Source of the DNA: Candidatus Binatia bacterium
GTDB taxonomy: Bacteria; Desulfobacterota; Binatia; HRBIN30
Assembly (NCBI GenBank): GCA_026415395.1
Contig: JAOAHD010000003.1
Span: 135,195-199,194 of the forward strand
Length of the DNA: 64,000 bases
Direction: 5' to 3'
This document shows positions 38,551-48,161 of the stretch, one piece after another. Both the position numbers and the translations under genes were made by a program. The number at the start of each line of letters is the position of its first letter. The stretch's first letter is position 1. The notes below the pieces were generated by a model that was not told where the DNA came from, did no database searches, and saw nothing but the letters and a program-made list of their open reading frames with translations.

Positions 38551-38917
38551 TTCCTTTGTCGCCAAGAGCCGATGGACGGCTGGGGCGCAATTCAGTCGGG
38601 TCAGCCAGCCGGACGAAAGGAACGTGATCTGGTGGTGACGGCGGTCTGCCCAACGGCTCTTTTAGGTCGCTTTTAGTCGCATGGCGAGCAGCCCGGGCCC
38701 GTAACTTCAAGGGCGACGCCTCCCTGGCCGCAAGGCGGAGGCGACAGCAAAATTGCGAATTGTGTGTGTGGCTCTGGTTCTCGTGCAACCCGCACGCGAT
38801 CCTGCATGCGCAAAGCTCCCGCATTATAGGTGCCCAGCGGGAAAGTGACAGATTCATCCGCTCGGGATACACACAAGTGTCAATAATCGTGGGCCGCACA
38901 CACCCACAGCAAAAGAT

Positions 38918-40066
38918 CTAAGCCAAGCCCAAACGTCGCGCGATGATGACTTTCATGATCTCGTTCGTGCCGGCATAAATCGTTTGAACGGCGGCATCTG
39001 CGTAGTCCATAGAGATCGGGTACTCTAGCATGAAGCCGTACCCACCATGGAGCTGTAGGCACTCGCTCGTCAGCCTTTTCTGAAGTTCAGTGGTCCACCA
39101 CTTCGCCATGCTGACTTCCTTGACGATTTCTTCGTTGCGGCAGTGGGCGACTAAAAGCTTGTCGATGAACGCTTGGCCAATCTCGATTTCAGTTGCGAGC
39201 TCGGCAATTTTAAACTGGGTATTTTGAAACGACGCTATCGGTTGCCCGAAAGCTTTCCGCTGCTTGACGTAGGCGATCGTGTCGTCCAATGCCCGTCGGC
39301 ACGACGCCAGGGAAGCTACGGCGATGCAAAGGCGCTCCTGCTGGAGCTTTTCCATGAGCATCCGAAATCCTTCGCCTTCTCGGCCGAGTAGGTTCTCTTT
39401 GGGCACGACACAGTCGTCAAAGAAGAGCTCGCTCGTGTCTTGTCCGCGCAGCCCCAGTTTTTCCAACTTCCGGCCCCGACGAAAACCGGGGAAGGTGGAC
39501 TCCACAAGCAAGAGACTGATTCCCCGATGCGGAGGCTGCGCCTCCGGATCCGTCTTGGCGACAACGATGAACAGATCTCCAATCTGACCATTCGAGATGA
39601 AGGTTTTCGCGCCATTCAAGACGTAATGATCCCCTTCCCGGCGCGCACGAGTTTTGACTGCCGCGAGATCCGAACCAACACCAGGCTCTGTCATGGCGAT
39701 CCCCAAGATCAACTCTCCGCGGATCGCGGGGACCAAGTAGCGTTGTTTTTGCTCCTCGGTGCCATAAGAGGAAAGATACGGCATGCAAATGTCGGAATGC
39801 AGCGAGATCATCATGGCGTGCGCGCGTAGGTACGCCATCTCCTCCATGATAATCGCGTCGTACAAAAAATCGCCGCCGGAACCACCATATTCGACTGGCT
39901 GGTTTGCGCCAAGAAAGCCCTCGGCTCCGGCAAGCCGCCAGATCTCTCGATCTGTCATACCTTGCCGGTTCCACTTAGGAATCCGGGGTACGATCTCTCG
40001 CTCGGCAAACTTGCGAAACTGTTCCCGAAACAGTTCGTGACTGGGAGTGAAAATGTCCCGTCGCAT
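38918..40066 (-). CDS. Acyl-CoA dehydrogenase (long-chain-like)
   Basis: IAMTEPGVGSDL, NGAKTFISNG, QQERL, LQLHGGYGF, IYAGTNEIMK. Confidence 0.96.
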   Translation of the reverse strand: MRRDIFTPSHELFREQFRKFAEREIVPRIPKWNRQGMTDREIWRLAGAEGFLGANQPVEYGGSGGDFLYDAIIMEEMAYLRAHAMMISLHSDICMPYLSSYGTEEQKQRYLVPAIRGELILGIAMTEPGVGSDLAAVKTRARREGDHYVLNGAKTFISNGQIGDLFIVVAKTDPEAQPPHRGISLLLVESTFPGFRRGRKLEKLGLRGQDTSELFFDDCVVPKENLLGREGEGFRMLMEKLQQERLCIAVASLASCRRALDDTIAYVKQRKAFGQPIASFQNTQFKIAELATEIEIGQAFIDKLLVAHCRNEEIVKEVSMAKWWTTELQKRLTSECLQLHGGYGFMLEYPISMDYADAAVQTIYAGTNEIMKVIIARRLGLA

Positions 40067-40102
40067 AGGCCGTGCAGGTTATACTTGCAGAGAAATTGAG
40101 CT

Positions 40103-41287
40103 TCAGGCCGGACTTGCTGCTGGCAAAGTAGGAGCTTCCTCCAGGTGATCGACGGGAGGACCTGCTTCCAGCCAACTTTCTGCGGCTCGAACACCGGCCA
40201 TATACATTTGGTTCAGGACGTGCCGGTCAAAATAAAGATACGATCCTGCATTGAAAACACCGTCTTTGGCCGGACGAACAGCTTCGTACAAGGTCACGGC
40301 GCGGTAAGAACCCCGGTCGAGGGCGGCAAGGCGGTTCCGCTCCAAAAGTAGCTTTCGGTCGACGTTATATGCGTTTTCTAACAGGCTATCCACGGTTCGC
40401 TCAACTGCGCGGCCGAAATGGGCCAACGGTTCAGCGCCCGCCTCGGCCGGCTCGGTGATGAGAACTGGTATGATTTCTTCGGCACCAAGGGCCACAACCG
40501 GAGCTAATGGAGTGTTGACCAGCAAGCCCCCGTCCCATAGCAAATGCGGACCGATCCGCACGGGCGGGAATAATAAAGGAATGGCGCAACTGGCCATAAT
40601 CATATCGACCGTAATGGCATCGACGATGTGATAGTCCGGCGGACGGGTGAGTGGGGTCGAGCGTGTGACGAAGCGCACCACCCTCCCACTGTGGGCATCA
40701 ACCGTGTTGACGGCCAAGTGGACGCGGTCGGTGGGCACCTTCTCACCGCCGAGAGCTTCAACCAATCGGTCACGTAGCGCGGTCGTGTCGGCCAAAAATG
40801 GCTCGGTGATGCCAGAGAGAAATTCACTGACCAAGTCAAAGCGCGTTGCAAGAAGGTACTCGACCAGAAAAGCGAGGAGATCGCCGGGCTGGGGCGGTAG
40901 GTGTCCACTCAGTCGTTGTGCTAGCTGGCGCCAGCGCTTACCGGGTAAGAGGAAACAGAGCGTTTCTCGGAATAATAACCGTAGGAGCGTGCGTGTTGCG
41001 CTGGAAAAGAACTGCGGGCTTGCGGTGGCCGGCGGATTGTCGCCGATGGAGTGCCAGAAGGCAAGCATCTCCTTCGGCGTTCGTCCCGCGGCAATGAGTG
41101 CTGCGTTAATGGCACCTGCCGACGTTCCCGAAATAGCAATCGGGCCCGCAGCAAAACGAGGGTCGTCGAGGAGGCGCTCGTACACACCAACCTGAAAAGC
41201 GCCACGCGCTCCTCCCCCGGAGAGCACCATGCCCATTCTTCGCTTGTATTTGGATCCCTGGTTGAGCTCTCGCCGTTCTCTCCGCAC
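40103..41287 (-). CDS. Patatin-like phospholipase; start approximate
   Basis: LSGGGARG, GTSAG, DGG motifs; GGAGG upstream of GTG 41287. Confidence 0.9.
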   Translation of the reverse strand: MRRERRELNQGSKYKRRMGMVLSGGGARGAFQVGVYERLLDDPRFAAGPIAISGTSAGAINAALIAAGRTPKEMLAFWHSIGDNPPATASPQFFSSATRTLLRLLFRETLCFLLPGKRWRQLAQRLSGHLPPQPGDLLAFLVEYLLATRFDLVSEFLSGITEPFLADTTALRDRLVEALGGEKVPTDRVHLAVNTVDAHSGRVVRFVTRSTPLTRPPDYHIVDAITVDMIMASCAIPLLFPPVRIGPHLLWDGGLLVNTPLAPVVALGAEEIIPVLITEPAEAGAEPLAHFGRAVERTVDSLLENAYNVDRKLLLERNRLAALDRGSYRAVTLYEAVRPAKDGVFNAGSYLYFDRHVLNQMYMAGVRAAESWLEAGPPVDHLEEAPTLPAASPA

Positions 41288-41468
41288 CGCACCACCTCCC
41301 AGGCTTTGTGAATGCGTTGTTGGTGCTTTACCAGCTGGCGGGTCGCCAATGAAGCAGGAGTTAACCTCGGGGGGCTTCAACCCGTACAAAGCGCACCAGG
41401 GAGTAAGAGCCTAAACCGGCCCCGCAGGGGCGCCACAGAGCTTAAGCTGGGGTCACAATCACAAAGTC

Positions 41469-42449
41469 CTACCACCCTAACACCCAAGCGAAGATTAACG
41501 GAGCGACAATTGTTGCATCGCTTTCGATGACGAAACGTGGCGTGTCCACACCTAACTTGCCCCAAGTGATCTTTTCGTTTGGTACGGCACCGGAATAGGA
41601 TCCGTAACTCGTCGTGGAGTCGCTGATCTGGCAAAAGTAAGCCCACAGTGGCGTATCGCGGCGACCCAAATCCTGGTGGAGCATTGGGACCACGCAAATG
41701 GGGAAGTCCCCAGCGATCCCTCCACCAATTTGGAAAAAGCCGATTCCTGGCTGGGTTGCGTTGCGCAAGTACCAGTCCGCAAGCCAGGTCATGTATTCAA
41801 TCCCAGACCGTACAATTTCCGGCCGGAGCTCTCGCTTGATCACATAAGCGGCAAAGATGTTGCCTGTAGTGGAATCCTCCCAGCCTGGAACAACGATGGG
41901 AACGTTGTTCTCGGCGGCAGCCACTACCCACGAATCCCGCGGGTCAATTTCGTAATACTTTTCCAGTTCACCTGAAAGAATCAATTGGAAAAAGTATTCG
42001 TGTGGAAAGTATCTCTCCCCGCGATCCTGCGCTTTCTTCCACACGCGGTAGAGATGTTGTTGGAGTCTACGGAAGGCCTCCTCCTCCGGAATGCAGGTGT
42101 CGGTGACCCGGTTGTATTGTTGCTCGAGAAGAGCCTGCTCGTCTGCTGGCGTTAAATCCCGGTAGTTCGGCACCCGTTTGTAGTGCGAGTGCGCAACGAG
42201 ATTCATCACGTCCTCTTCCAAATTGGCGCCCGTAGCCGAGATGATGTGAACTTTCTTCTGCCGAATCATCTCAGCGAGGCTTTTCCCGAGCTCTCCAGTA
42301 CTCATCGCGCCAGCGAGCGCGACCAGCATTTTCCCGCCGCGATCGATAAGGTCCGCATACGCACGGGCGGCGTCCATCAAAGCAGCCGCGTTGAAGTGCA
42401 AAAAGTGATGCTCCATGAAGCGTGAAATAGGCCCTAGATCCCGTTTCAT
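41469..42449 (-). CDS. Deoxyhypusine synthase-like protein (DHS/homospermidine synthase family)
   Basis: HFNAA, LAGAMST, TGANLEED, QIGGG, GSYSGAVPNEKITWGK (active-site Lys), ESDATIVAP. Confidence 0.92.
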   Translation of the reverse strand: MKRDLGPISRFMEHHFLHFNAAALMDAARAYADLIDRGGKMLVALAGAMSTGELGKSLAEMIRQKKVHIISATGANLEEDVMNLVAHSHYKRVPNYRDLTPADEQALLEQQYNRVTDTCIPEEEAFRRLQQHLYRVWKKAQDRGERYFPHEYFFQLILSGELEKYYEIDPRDSWVVAAAENNVPIVVPGWEDSTTGNIFAAYVIKRELRPEIVRSGIEYMTWLADWYLRNATQPGIGFFQIGGGIAGDFPICVVPMLHQDLGRRDTPLWAYFCQISDSTTSYGSYSGAVPNEKITWGKLGVDTPRFVIESDATIVAPLIFAWVLGW

Positions 42450-42513
42450 CGCGCGCAACAAATTGATTCAAGGCAATCGGAGATTCAAGGGCTTGGGCCA
42501 AAAATTGTTCGCC

Positions 42514-42975
42514 TTACGGGGGCCGCTGTTCTTGCGTTCCCCGCGCGGTGCTCTCCCGCGCGGCTCGCGACTCCTTGTGGAGCCGCTGGCCGCACGAGAA
42601 GCAAAAACGTCCGTGAACCGGTTGCTCTGCACCGCAGCTGGGGCAAAGGTGCCGTGCTGCTACTTCACGAGCCCTGAGCGCCGGATCGCTCGAACGGGAG
42701 AGCTCATCAAGGGCAGCAAAGATGATCGGAGCATATCGATTACGGATCGCTTCGTAATCTTCGATTGTAAGCTTGTTCATCTGCAACTCGAATTCGGCCT
42801 CTTTGATCGCTGCGAGGGCCTCGTCTTTTTGCCGTTCTAGGACACTTCTTTTGTCCGCATCGAGCGAGCCTGTCGTCCCCACGGGCTCCTCTGAGATGAA
42901 CTGTGACCAAAACGGCCACAGTACATAGAGAAGGCCTACGCTTGTGAGTGCAATCACGAGGAGCACGCCCATCAT
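42514..42975 (-). CDS. CcmI-like membrane protein with C-terminal zinc ribbon
   Basis: TM helix, AIKEAEFELQMNKLTIEDY helical motif, CPSCG...FCFSCG; last gene of the ccm run. Confidence 0.7.
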   Translation of the reverse strand: MMGVLLVIALTSVGLLYVLWPFWSQFISEEPVGTTGSLDADKRSVLERQKDEALAAIKEAEFELQMNKLTIEDYEAIRNRYAPIIFAALDELSRSSDPALRAREVAARHLCPSCGAEQPVHGRFCFSCGQRLHKESRAARESTARGTQEQRPP

Positions 42976-42981
42976 CGATCG

Positions 42982-43509
42982 TTAAAGCTCCAAGCGATCG
43001 AGTTCCTGACGTAAGCGTTTCTCATCCTCGCTGGCGAGCGGTTTACCTGTGAAGCCATTGGAAGCTGTATCTCTCCTGCCACCAGAATTTCTAGACCAAC
43101 GTCGTAAGGTCCAACCGACGAACAGGAGTCCAAACCCTACCGCGAGGAATGGCATAAGCCACGCAAGCAAGTTGAAGCCACGCATCGTGGGCGATGACAG
43201 GATTTTCTCTCCGTACTTGGCCTCAAAGTACGCCAGGATTTCTCTCTTGGTTTTCCCGAGCGCGATCTGCTCGCGAATCTCTTGGCGTAAAGGAATGGCT
43301 GATCCGCAGTCAACGTGATTACAGCTATGAACGGTAAGGCCGCACCCGCACTGGCAAGTCAGAGACTCCTCAATCTCTTGAAAGTTAGCCGCCCTTTGGG
43401 GCTCAGTTGCCAGAGCCGCCACTTGGCCAACTAGAAAAACGTTCAGAACAACGAGCCTCATCGGCGCCACGAATTGCGCGCCTAAAGAAGTTCGCACACG
43501 ACGGCTCAT
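42982..43509 (-). CDS. ccmH: Cytochrome c biogenesis protein CcmH/CcmL (Cys-rich variant)
   Basis: LTCQCGC...CNH..C, EILAYFEAKYGEKILSSP, NLLAWLMPF TM helix. Confidence 0.85.
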   Translation of the reverse strand: MSRRVRTSLGAQFVAPMRLVVLNVFLVGQVAALATEPQRAANFQEIEESLTCQCGCGLTVHSCNHVDCGSAIPLRQEIREQIALGKTKREILAYFEAKYGEKILSSPTMRGFNLLAWLMPFLAVGFGLLFVGWTLRRWSRNSGGRRDTASNGFTGKPLASEDEKRLRQELDRLEL

Positions 43510-45503
43510 TGCGATCGCACTTCAGCGGCTGAGCGGCTGGTTTGCCACTCCCGAGCAAGTGCCCGGCGTCGTTCTGGCCAAGCCGCAATGAGGGCACCCA
43601 GGACCAGAACTGCCCCACCCCATTCTAGGAACCCCACTAGCGGGTTTATATAAGCGAGAATCGTCGCCGTTTGGGTTTTACCATCAAAACTCCCGAAGAC
43701 CACGTACAAATCCGAACCCCAGTACGAGCGAACTGCAACCTCGGTGGCAGGCTGCTCCGGCTTCTTATAAAAGCGCTTTTCGGGCTTTAGGACGTCTCGC
43801 ACCCGACCGTCTTGGAGGATTGATATGTGGGCTGCCAAGTGAGCACTATGCGCGGTCTCCCACGATTCCACCCGTTCGAACCGAAGTTGGTATTTCCCCA
43901 CGGCGAACGACTCCCCCGGCTTGACCGTTACTTGCTCTTCGATCCGGAAGGCAGAAGTTCCGGTGATCGCCAGAAAAATCATGACCACACCGAGATGAAC
44001 GATGTACCCCCCGTAGCGACGGCGGTTCTTCGCGGTGAGTTGCACCAGCGCGACATGCCATGATTCTCCAACTAACGTCTGGCGAGCTCTCATGCCCCGC
44101 CAGAACTCTTGGAGGATCGTTGTAGTCACGAACGTGCACAGACCAAAAGAGATCAAGGCATAAGCGTTGCGAACCCCGAAGCTAAAACATATCGCGCCGA
44201 CCGCGAAGGCAGCACACGCGGGCCAGAGGAAATTCCCCCGTAGCGACGACCAGGAGGCTCGCCGCCAAGCGATCAACGGCCCTACTCCCATCAAGAATAG
44301 GAGGAGCAGCCCAAGCGGGGTGTTGACTCGGTTAAAAAAAGGAGGGCCTACGGTAATTTTGACGCCTCGGACGGCTTCTGAGATCACCGGGAAGATCGTT
44401 CCCCAGAACACGGCGAACGCCATCCCCACAAGAACCAAATTGTTCACTAGGAAGGCCGCCTCGCGGGACAGCATCGAATCGATTTCGTTCTCGCTGCGTA
44501 GCGCAGGCAGGCGCCACACGAGCAAGGTAAGGGAAACCGCCGCAGCGATCCCGAGAAAGCCGATAAAGAACGGGCCTAAACCCGATTGGGTAAAGGAATG
44601 AACCGACGAGATCACACCGCTGCGAGTCAGAAAGGTTCCAAACACGGTCAGGAGAAACGTCAAGATCACCAAGATCATGTTCCAGACTTTCAGCATATTC
44701 TTCTTTTCTTGGATCATGACCGAGTGGAGGTACGCAGTGCACGTGAGCCACGGCATGAAGGCAGCGTTCTCTACTGGATCCCACGCCCAGTAACCGCCCC
44801 AGCCCAGAACGCGATATGCCCAAAGCGCACCGAACAAGTTTCCCAAACTTAAAAAAAACCACGCAAACAGGGTCCACCGTCGAGTAGTGCGGATCCAGAC
44901 GTCGTCCAGCCGCCCGGTTGCGAGCGCCGCCATCGCAAATGCAAACGGCACCGAGCAACCAACGTATCCCAGGTACAAAGATGGCGGGTGGATGGTCATC
45001 CAATAGTTCTGAAGGAGTGGGTTTAGATCTCGCCCGTCTCCGGGGGTAAAAGCCAAGCGTTGGAAGGGCGGTGTGACGAAAACGAGCAGGGAAACAAAAA
45101 ACAGCGCAATTGCCGTGAGAGTGGCGGTGACAAATGGCATTAAGTCACGGTTTTTCTCGCGGTTTTGCAGAACAACGATGGCAGCCATGGAAGTGAGGAT
45201 CGTGAGCCAGAACAGCAGAGACCCAGCTTGGCCTCCCCAAAGTGCTGCGATTGTGTAGTGAAGCGGCAGCGTACTGCTGGAGTATTGTGCGACGTACTCA
45301 ACGTTGAAGTCGCGACTGACTAGCGCGCGCAGTAGGTCGGCCGCTGCTACCGCAACGAAGGCCCAACCGGCAAGCACGGCGTTCTCTGCGCTCCGAACCC
45401 ACTCGCTGCGCCGCAGGAGCCCGCCCGCGAGCGACGAAAGGAAGGCGTAAAGAGTGAAAACCCAAGCAACGATGAGCGCGATTTCACCACTGTCGGTCAT
45501 CAA
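43506..45503 (-). CDS. ccmF: Heme lyase CcmF
   Basis: WGGQAGSLLFW, LNPLLQ, IHPPSLYLGY, WGGYWAWDPVENA, FLTRSGVISSVHSF. Confidence 0.97.
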   Translation of the reverse strand: MMTDSGEIALIVAWVFTLYAFLSSLAGGLLRRSEWVRSAENAVLAGWAFVAVAAADLLRALVSRDFNVEYVAQYSSSTLPLHYTIAALWGGQAGSLLFWLTILTSMAAIVVLQNREKNRDLMPFVTATLTAIALFFVSLLVFVTPPFQRLAFTPGDGRDLNPLLQNYWMTIHPPSLYLGYVGCSVPFAFAMAALATGRLDDVWIRTTRRWTLFAWFFLSLGNLFGALWAYRVLGWGGYWAWDPVENAAFMPWLTCTAYLHSVMIQEKKNMLKVWNMILVILTFLLTVFGTFLTRSGVISSVHSFTQSGLGPFFIGFLGIAAAVSLTLLVWRLPALRSENEIDSMLSREAAFLVNNLVLVGMAFAVFWGTIFPVISEAVRGVKITVGPPFFNRVNTPLGLLLLFLMGVGPLIAWRRASWSSLRGNFLWPACAAFAVGAICFSFGVRNAYALISFGLCTFVTTTILQEFWRGMRARQTLVGESWHVALVQLTAKNRRRYGGYIVHLGVVMIFLAITGTSAFRIEEQVTVKPGESFAVGKYQLRFERVESWETAHSAHLAAHISILQDGRVRDVLKPEKRFYKKPEQPATEVAVRSYWGSDLYVVFGSFDGKTQTATILAYINPLVGFLEWGGAVLVLGALIAAWPERRRALAREWQTSRSAAEVRSQ

Positions 45504-45599
45504 TATTCTCTCCCGGTGGCCGTGAGTTCCCGCGTGCCGCCACGAGCGGAGCCGCTTGCACCGTTAGCCTTTCGTCTCGATTACCATTGGGCCCTTTGG

Positions 45600-46046
45600 T
45601 TAGTTACCTGCAGCCTGCGAGCCATTGGCCGGCTCCACAGGCTCGTACTTCGAGGGGCATGACGTAAGCACGCTTTGAGCGCGGAGGACAGACCCGTCGT
45701 ACTGCCCCTCGACGATCACATCGCTGCCTCCCTCGTCGCGAAACATATCGGGAACAACCCCGGCGTAATACACTCGCACGACGGACGTGGGATTGCTCTC
45801 GTCCGTAAAATCCCCGAGTTCGAACCAGACCTCCTCTCCTTTCGGCCCCGAGCGGCGCTGCACAGACCCGGGTGTAACTCGCCCTGCCACCCGCACTCCT
45901 TCGCCAATTAACGAAGTCCGGCGCTGTGCGAACTCTTCCACGGTGATGTAGTACACCGCCGCCTCGCGCACGCCGGTGTACATGAGGTACGCAACCACTC
46001 CCACGAGAACACTTGCTGCAATTTTAATGCGCACCTTACGGCTCAT
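45600..46046 (-). CDS. ccmE: Heme chaperone CcmE, CxxxY (System I*) type
   Basis: YYITVEE, RVAGRV..GS, Y.GVVPDMF, VIVEG, LTSCPSKY. Confidence 0.93.
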   Translation of the reverse strand: MSRKVRIKIAASVLVGVVAYLMYTGVREAAVYYITVEEFAQRRTSLIGEGVRVAGRVTPGSVQRRSGPKGEEVWFELGDFTDESNPTSVVRVYYAGVVPDMFRDEGGSDVIVEGQYDGSVLRAQSVLTSCPSKYEPVEPANGSQAAGN

Positions 46047-46230
46047 GGTGAGGTCCGCTTAGTGGATTGGGGTTGCAGCCGCAACAGTGCTGCGCGAAAC
46101 CGCCTTCGTGCAGAGGCATTTGGTTGCTCGGAGAAGTATCGTCAGTGAACCCAATAAATGATTCTTCCTTCCAGGACGGCGTTGCTGTTTTTTGGTGAGC
46201 TGGGTCGTTCACGCGGCGGGGATCTCGCTC

Positions 46231-47025
46231 TTACTCGTCAGCATCCGATGGCGATCGGGGAGGCCGACACACCCCTCGGCGAGACGACCGAATGAACTGA
46301 ATCAAGTAGCCGACTTCCTCCGTAAGCTGCTCCGTTTCCAGTTCATTCAATCGCTCTTGGAGATTCCCACGCCGGAGAAACAGTTGCCGAAACGCCTTCC
46401 GGATGGCCCGAACCTGGTCCGCGGTGTAGCCGGCCCGGTAGAGTCCAATGCGGTTGACGCCACGCACGGTGTGCGTACCGTCAGCAATACAAAACGGAGG
46501 GACGTCTCGGGAGGTACGAGAAAGGCCTCGCATCAAAGCAAGTTTTCCTACACGAACATACTGATGCACAACACAGTTCCCGGAGATGAACGCCCCGTCT
46601 TCTACGTGGACATGACCCCCGAGGAGCGCTCCGCTCGCCAAAACCACATTGTTTCCGAGCGTGCAATTGTGCGCGACGTGTGAGTGCGTCATGAGGAAGT
46701 TGTCATGTCCAATACGGGTGACGGAACCTTTCTGGGTCCCACGGTGGACTTGCACGAACTCGCGGATCACATTGCGATCCCCGATCTCAACCAGGGAGTC
46801 CTCCCCCTTGTAAGAGCGATCTTGCGGAACATCCCCGATCACCGCGCTCGCATGAATCCTGTTTTCCGCGCCGATCTTGGTTGGTCCCAGAACCACCGCG
46901 TGAGCACCGATCTGGGTTCGAGCTCCAATCGTGACCGCCCCCTGAATGACCACATAAGGCCCGATTTCCGCTGTCACATCGATTTCGGCCTGAGGATCGA
47001 TAATGGCGGTTGGGTGAATCGGCAT
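46231..47025 (-). CDS. lpxA: UDP-N-acetylglucosamine acyltransferase (LpxA family, divergent)
   Basis: IHPTAII hexapeptide repeats, PQD, IRE.VQVHRGT, SHVAHNC, GGHV, VHQY, DVPPF, GVN.IGL. Confidence 0.88.
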   Translation of the reverse strand: MPIHPTAIIDPQAEIDVTAEIGPYVVIQGAVTIGARTQIGAHAVVLGPTKIGAENRIHASAVIGDVPQDRSYKGEDSLVEIGDRNVIREFVQVHRGTQKGSVTRIGHDNFLMTHSHVAHNCTLGNNVVLASGALLGGHVHVEDGAFISGNCVVHQYVRVGKLALMRGLSRTSRDVPPFCIADGTHTVRGVNRIGLYRAGYTADQVRAIRKAFRQLFLRRGNLQERLNELETEQLTEEVGYLIQFIRSSRRGVCRPPRSPSDADE

Positions 47026-47031
47026 GGTCGA

Positions 47032-47232
47032 TCAGTCGCGAGGCTTAGGCGCCAGAGGATCGCTCGAGTGCTCGCAGTTAGTTTCGTGAGGTTCTTCTCC
47101 AGGAATGCGGTACGCCTCGGATGCCCATCGTCCAAAGTCCACAGCCTGACAACGTTGAGAACAAAATGGCCGCCATGGATTTTCTTCCCACCGAACGGGT
47201 GTGCGGCACACAGGGCACGTCAGCGAACGCAC
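47032..47232 (-). CDS. yacG: DNA gyrase inhibitor YacG
   Basis: CPVC...[25 protein letters not shown]. Confidence 0.93.
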   Translation of the reverse strand: MRSLTCPVCRTPVRWEENPWRPFCSQRCQAVDFGRWASEAYRIPGEEPHETNCEHSSDPLAPKPRD

Positions 47233-47239
47233 AGCCGGA

Positions 47240-47440
47240 TCACCTTCCGTTGGCGTGCCGACGACCTTCGGCGTCCGTGAAGGGAGTAGAGCCGCCAGAA
47301 CTTTGCTGATCGAGGAGTCGTAAGAGTTCTTGCAGTTGCTCCTCGAGACGCCGAGTCCGTCTGGCCATCACCCAGAGATAGAGGAAGAGCATCGCCCAAA
47401 CAGCGGTGTAGGCAGCGAATAAGAAATGCAAGGAGTCCAT
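47240..47440 (-). CDS. ccmD: Heme exporter protein CcmD
   Basis: Short TM helix [10 protein letters not shown] followed by a charged helix; directly after ccmC. Confidence 0.85.
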   Translation of the reverse strand: MDSLHFLFAAYTAVWAMLFLYLWVMARRTRRLEEQLQELLRLLDQQSSGGSTPFTDAEGRRHANGR

Positions 47441-47453
47441 TCGTTTCGCCCCC

Positions 47454-48161
47454 TTAGTACCGCTGCAACAGAGATCGTTCTATGGCCCAAATGGTTTCTT
47501 GCAGGCGTGCTTGCGCAGCGCGCACGCGCAAGAGCCAGACAAACAATAACAACACTGCGATGAACGCGATCAGGAGAGTGATCTGCATGCGCGGATCCGT
47601 GAGGCCGGTGCCCCCTTCGCGAGTGACTAAAACGGCCGGGTGAATGGTGCGCCACCAATACACGGAGCGGTTGATGATAGGAATATCGAGCGCGCCCATG
47701 ATTCCCAAAATTGCGGCATAACGTGCGCCCTGCTCCGGATCGACGGTGAGATTGCGGAGCATCAGGTAGGCAACGTAAATGAGCCAGAGAATAAGTGTGG
47801 TTGTAAGCCGCGCATCCCATGTCCACCAGGTACCCCAAATCGGCTTTGCCCAAATCGGGCCGGTGATCAAGACAAGGGTACAGTACAAAACGCCGATCTC
47901 CGCGCTCACGTAGGCGATGCGATCCCATTTGGCATCATTCCGCCAGAGGTAGATGGCGCTCGCAACCGCAGTAACCCCGAACGCGATGAATGTCACTACC
48001 GCGAGAGGAACGTGGACATAAAAGATTCGCTGGACAACCCCCTGCACGCGATCGGTTGGAACGTAGATAAACACCGCCGCCAGGGCCAAAAACATTGCGG
48101 CACCGCACGCCGGAGGCACGATGCGTTCGAGCCAGACGCCACCAATCGGGGAAGTATGCAT
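47454..48161 (-). CDS. ccmC: Heme exporter / heme-binding protein CcmC
   Basis: QRIFYVHVP, TGPIWAKPIWGTWWTWDARLT, WWRTIHP. Confidence 0.96.
   Translation of the reverse strand: MHTSPIGGVWLERIVPPACGAAMFLALAAVFIYVPTDRVQGVVQRIFYVHVPLAVVTFIAFGVTAVASAIYLWRNDAKWDRIAYVSAEIGVLYCTLVLITGPIWAKPIWGTWWTWDARLTTTLILWLIYVAYLMLRNLTVDPEQGARYAAILGIMGALDIPIINRSVYWWRTIHPAVLVTREGGTGLTDPRMQITLLIAFIAVLLLFVWLLRVRAAQARLQETIWAIERSLLQRY

Noticed and set aside
38551..38917. Possible integrative element at the tRNA-Ala 3' end
   Set aside because: No integrase, no duplicated tRNA 3' end seen and no compositional shift
46036..46119. 27-aa His/Cys-rich leader peptide (HCCGC) before ccmE
   Set aside because: No RBS, very short and likely chance
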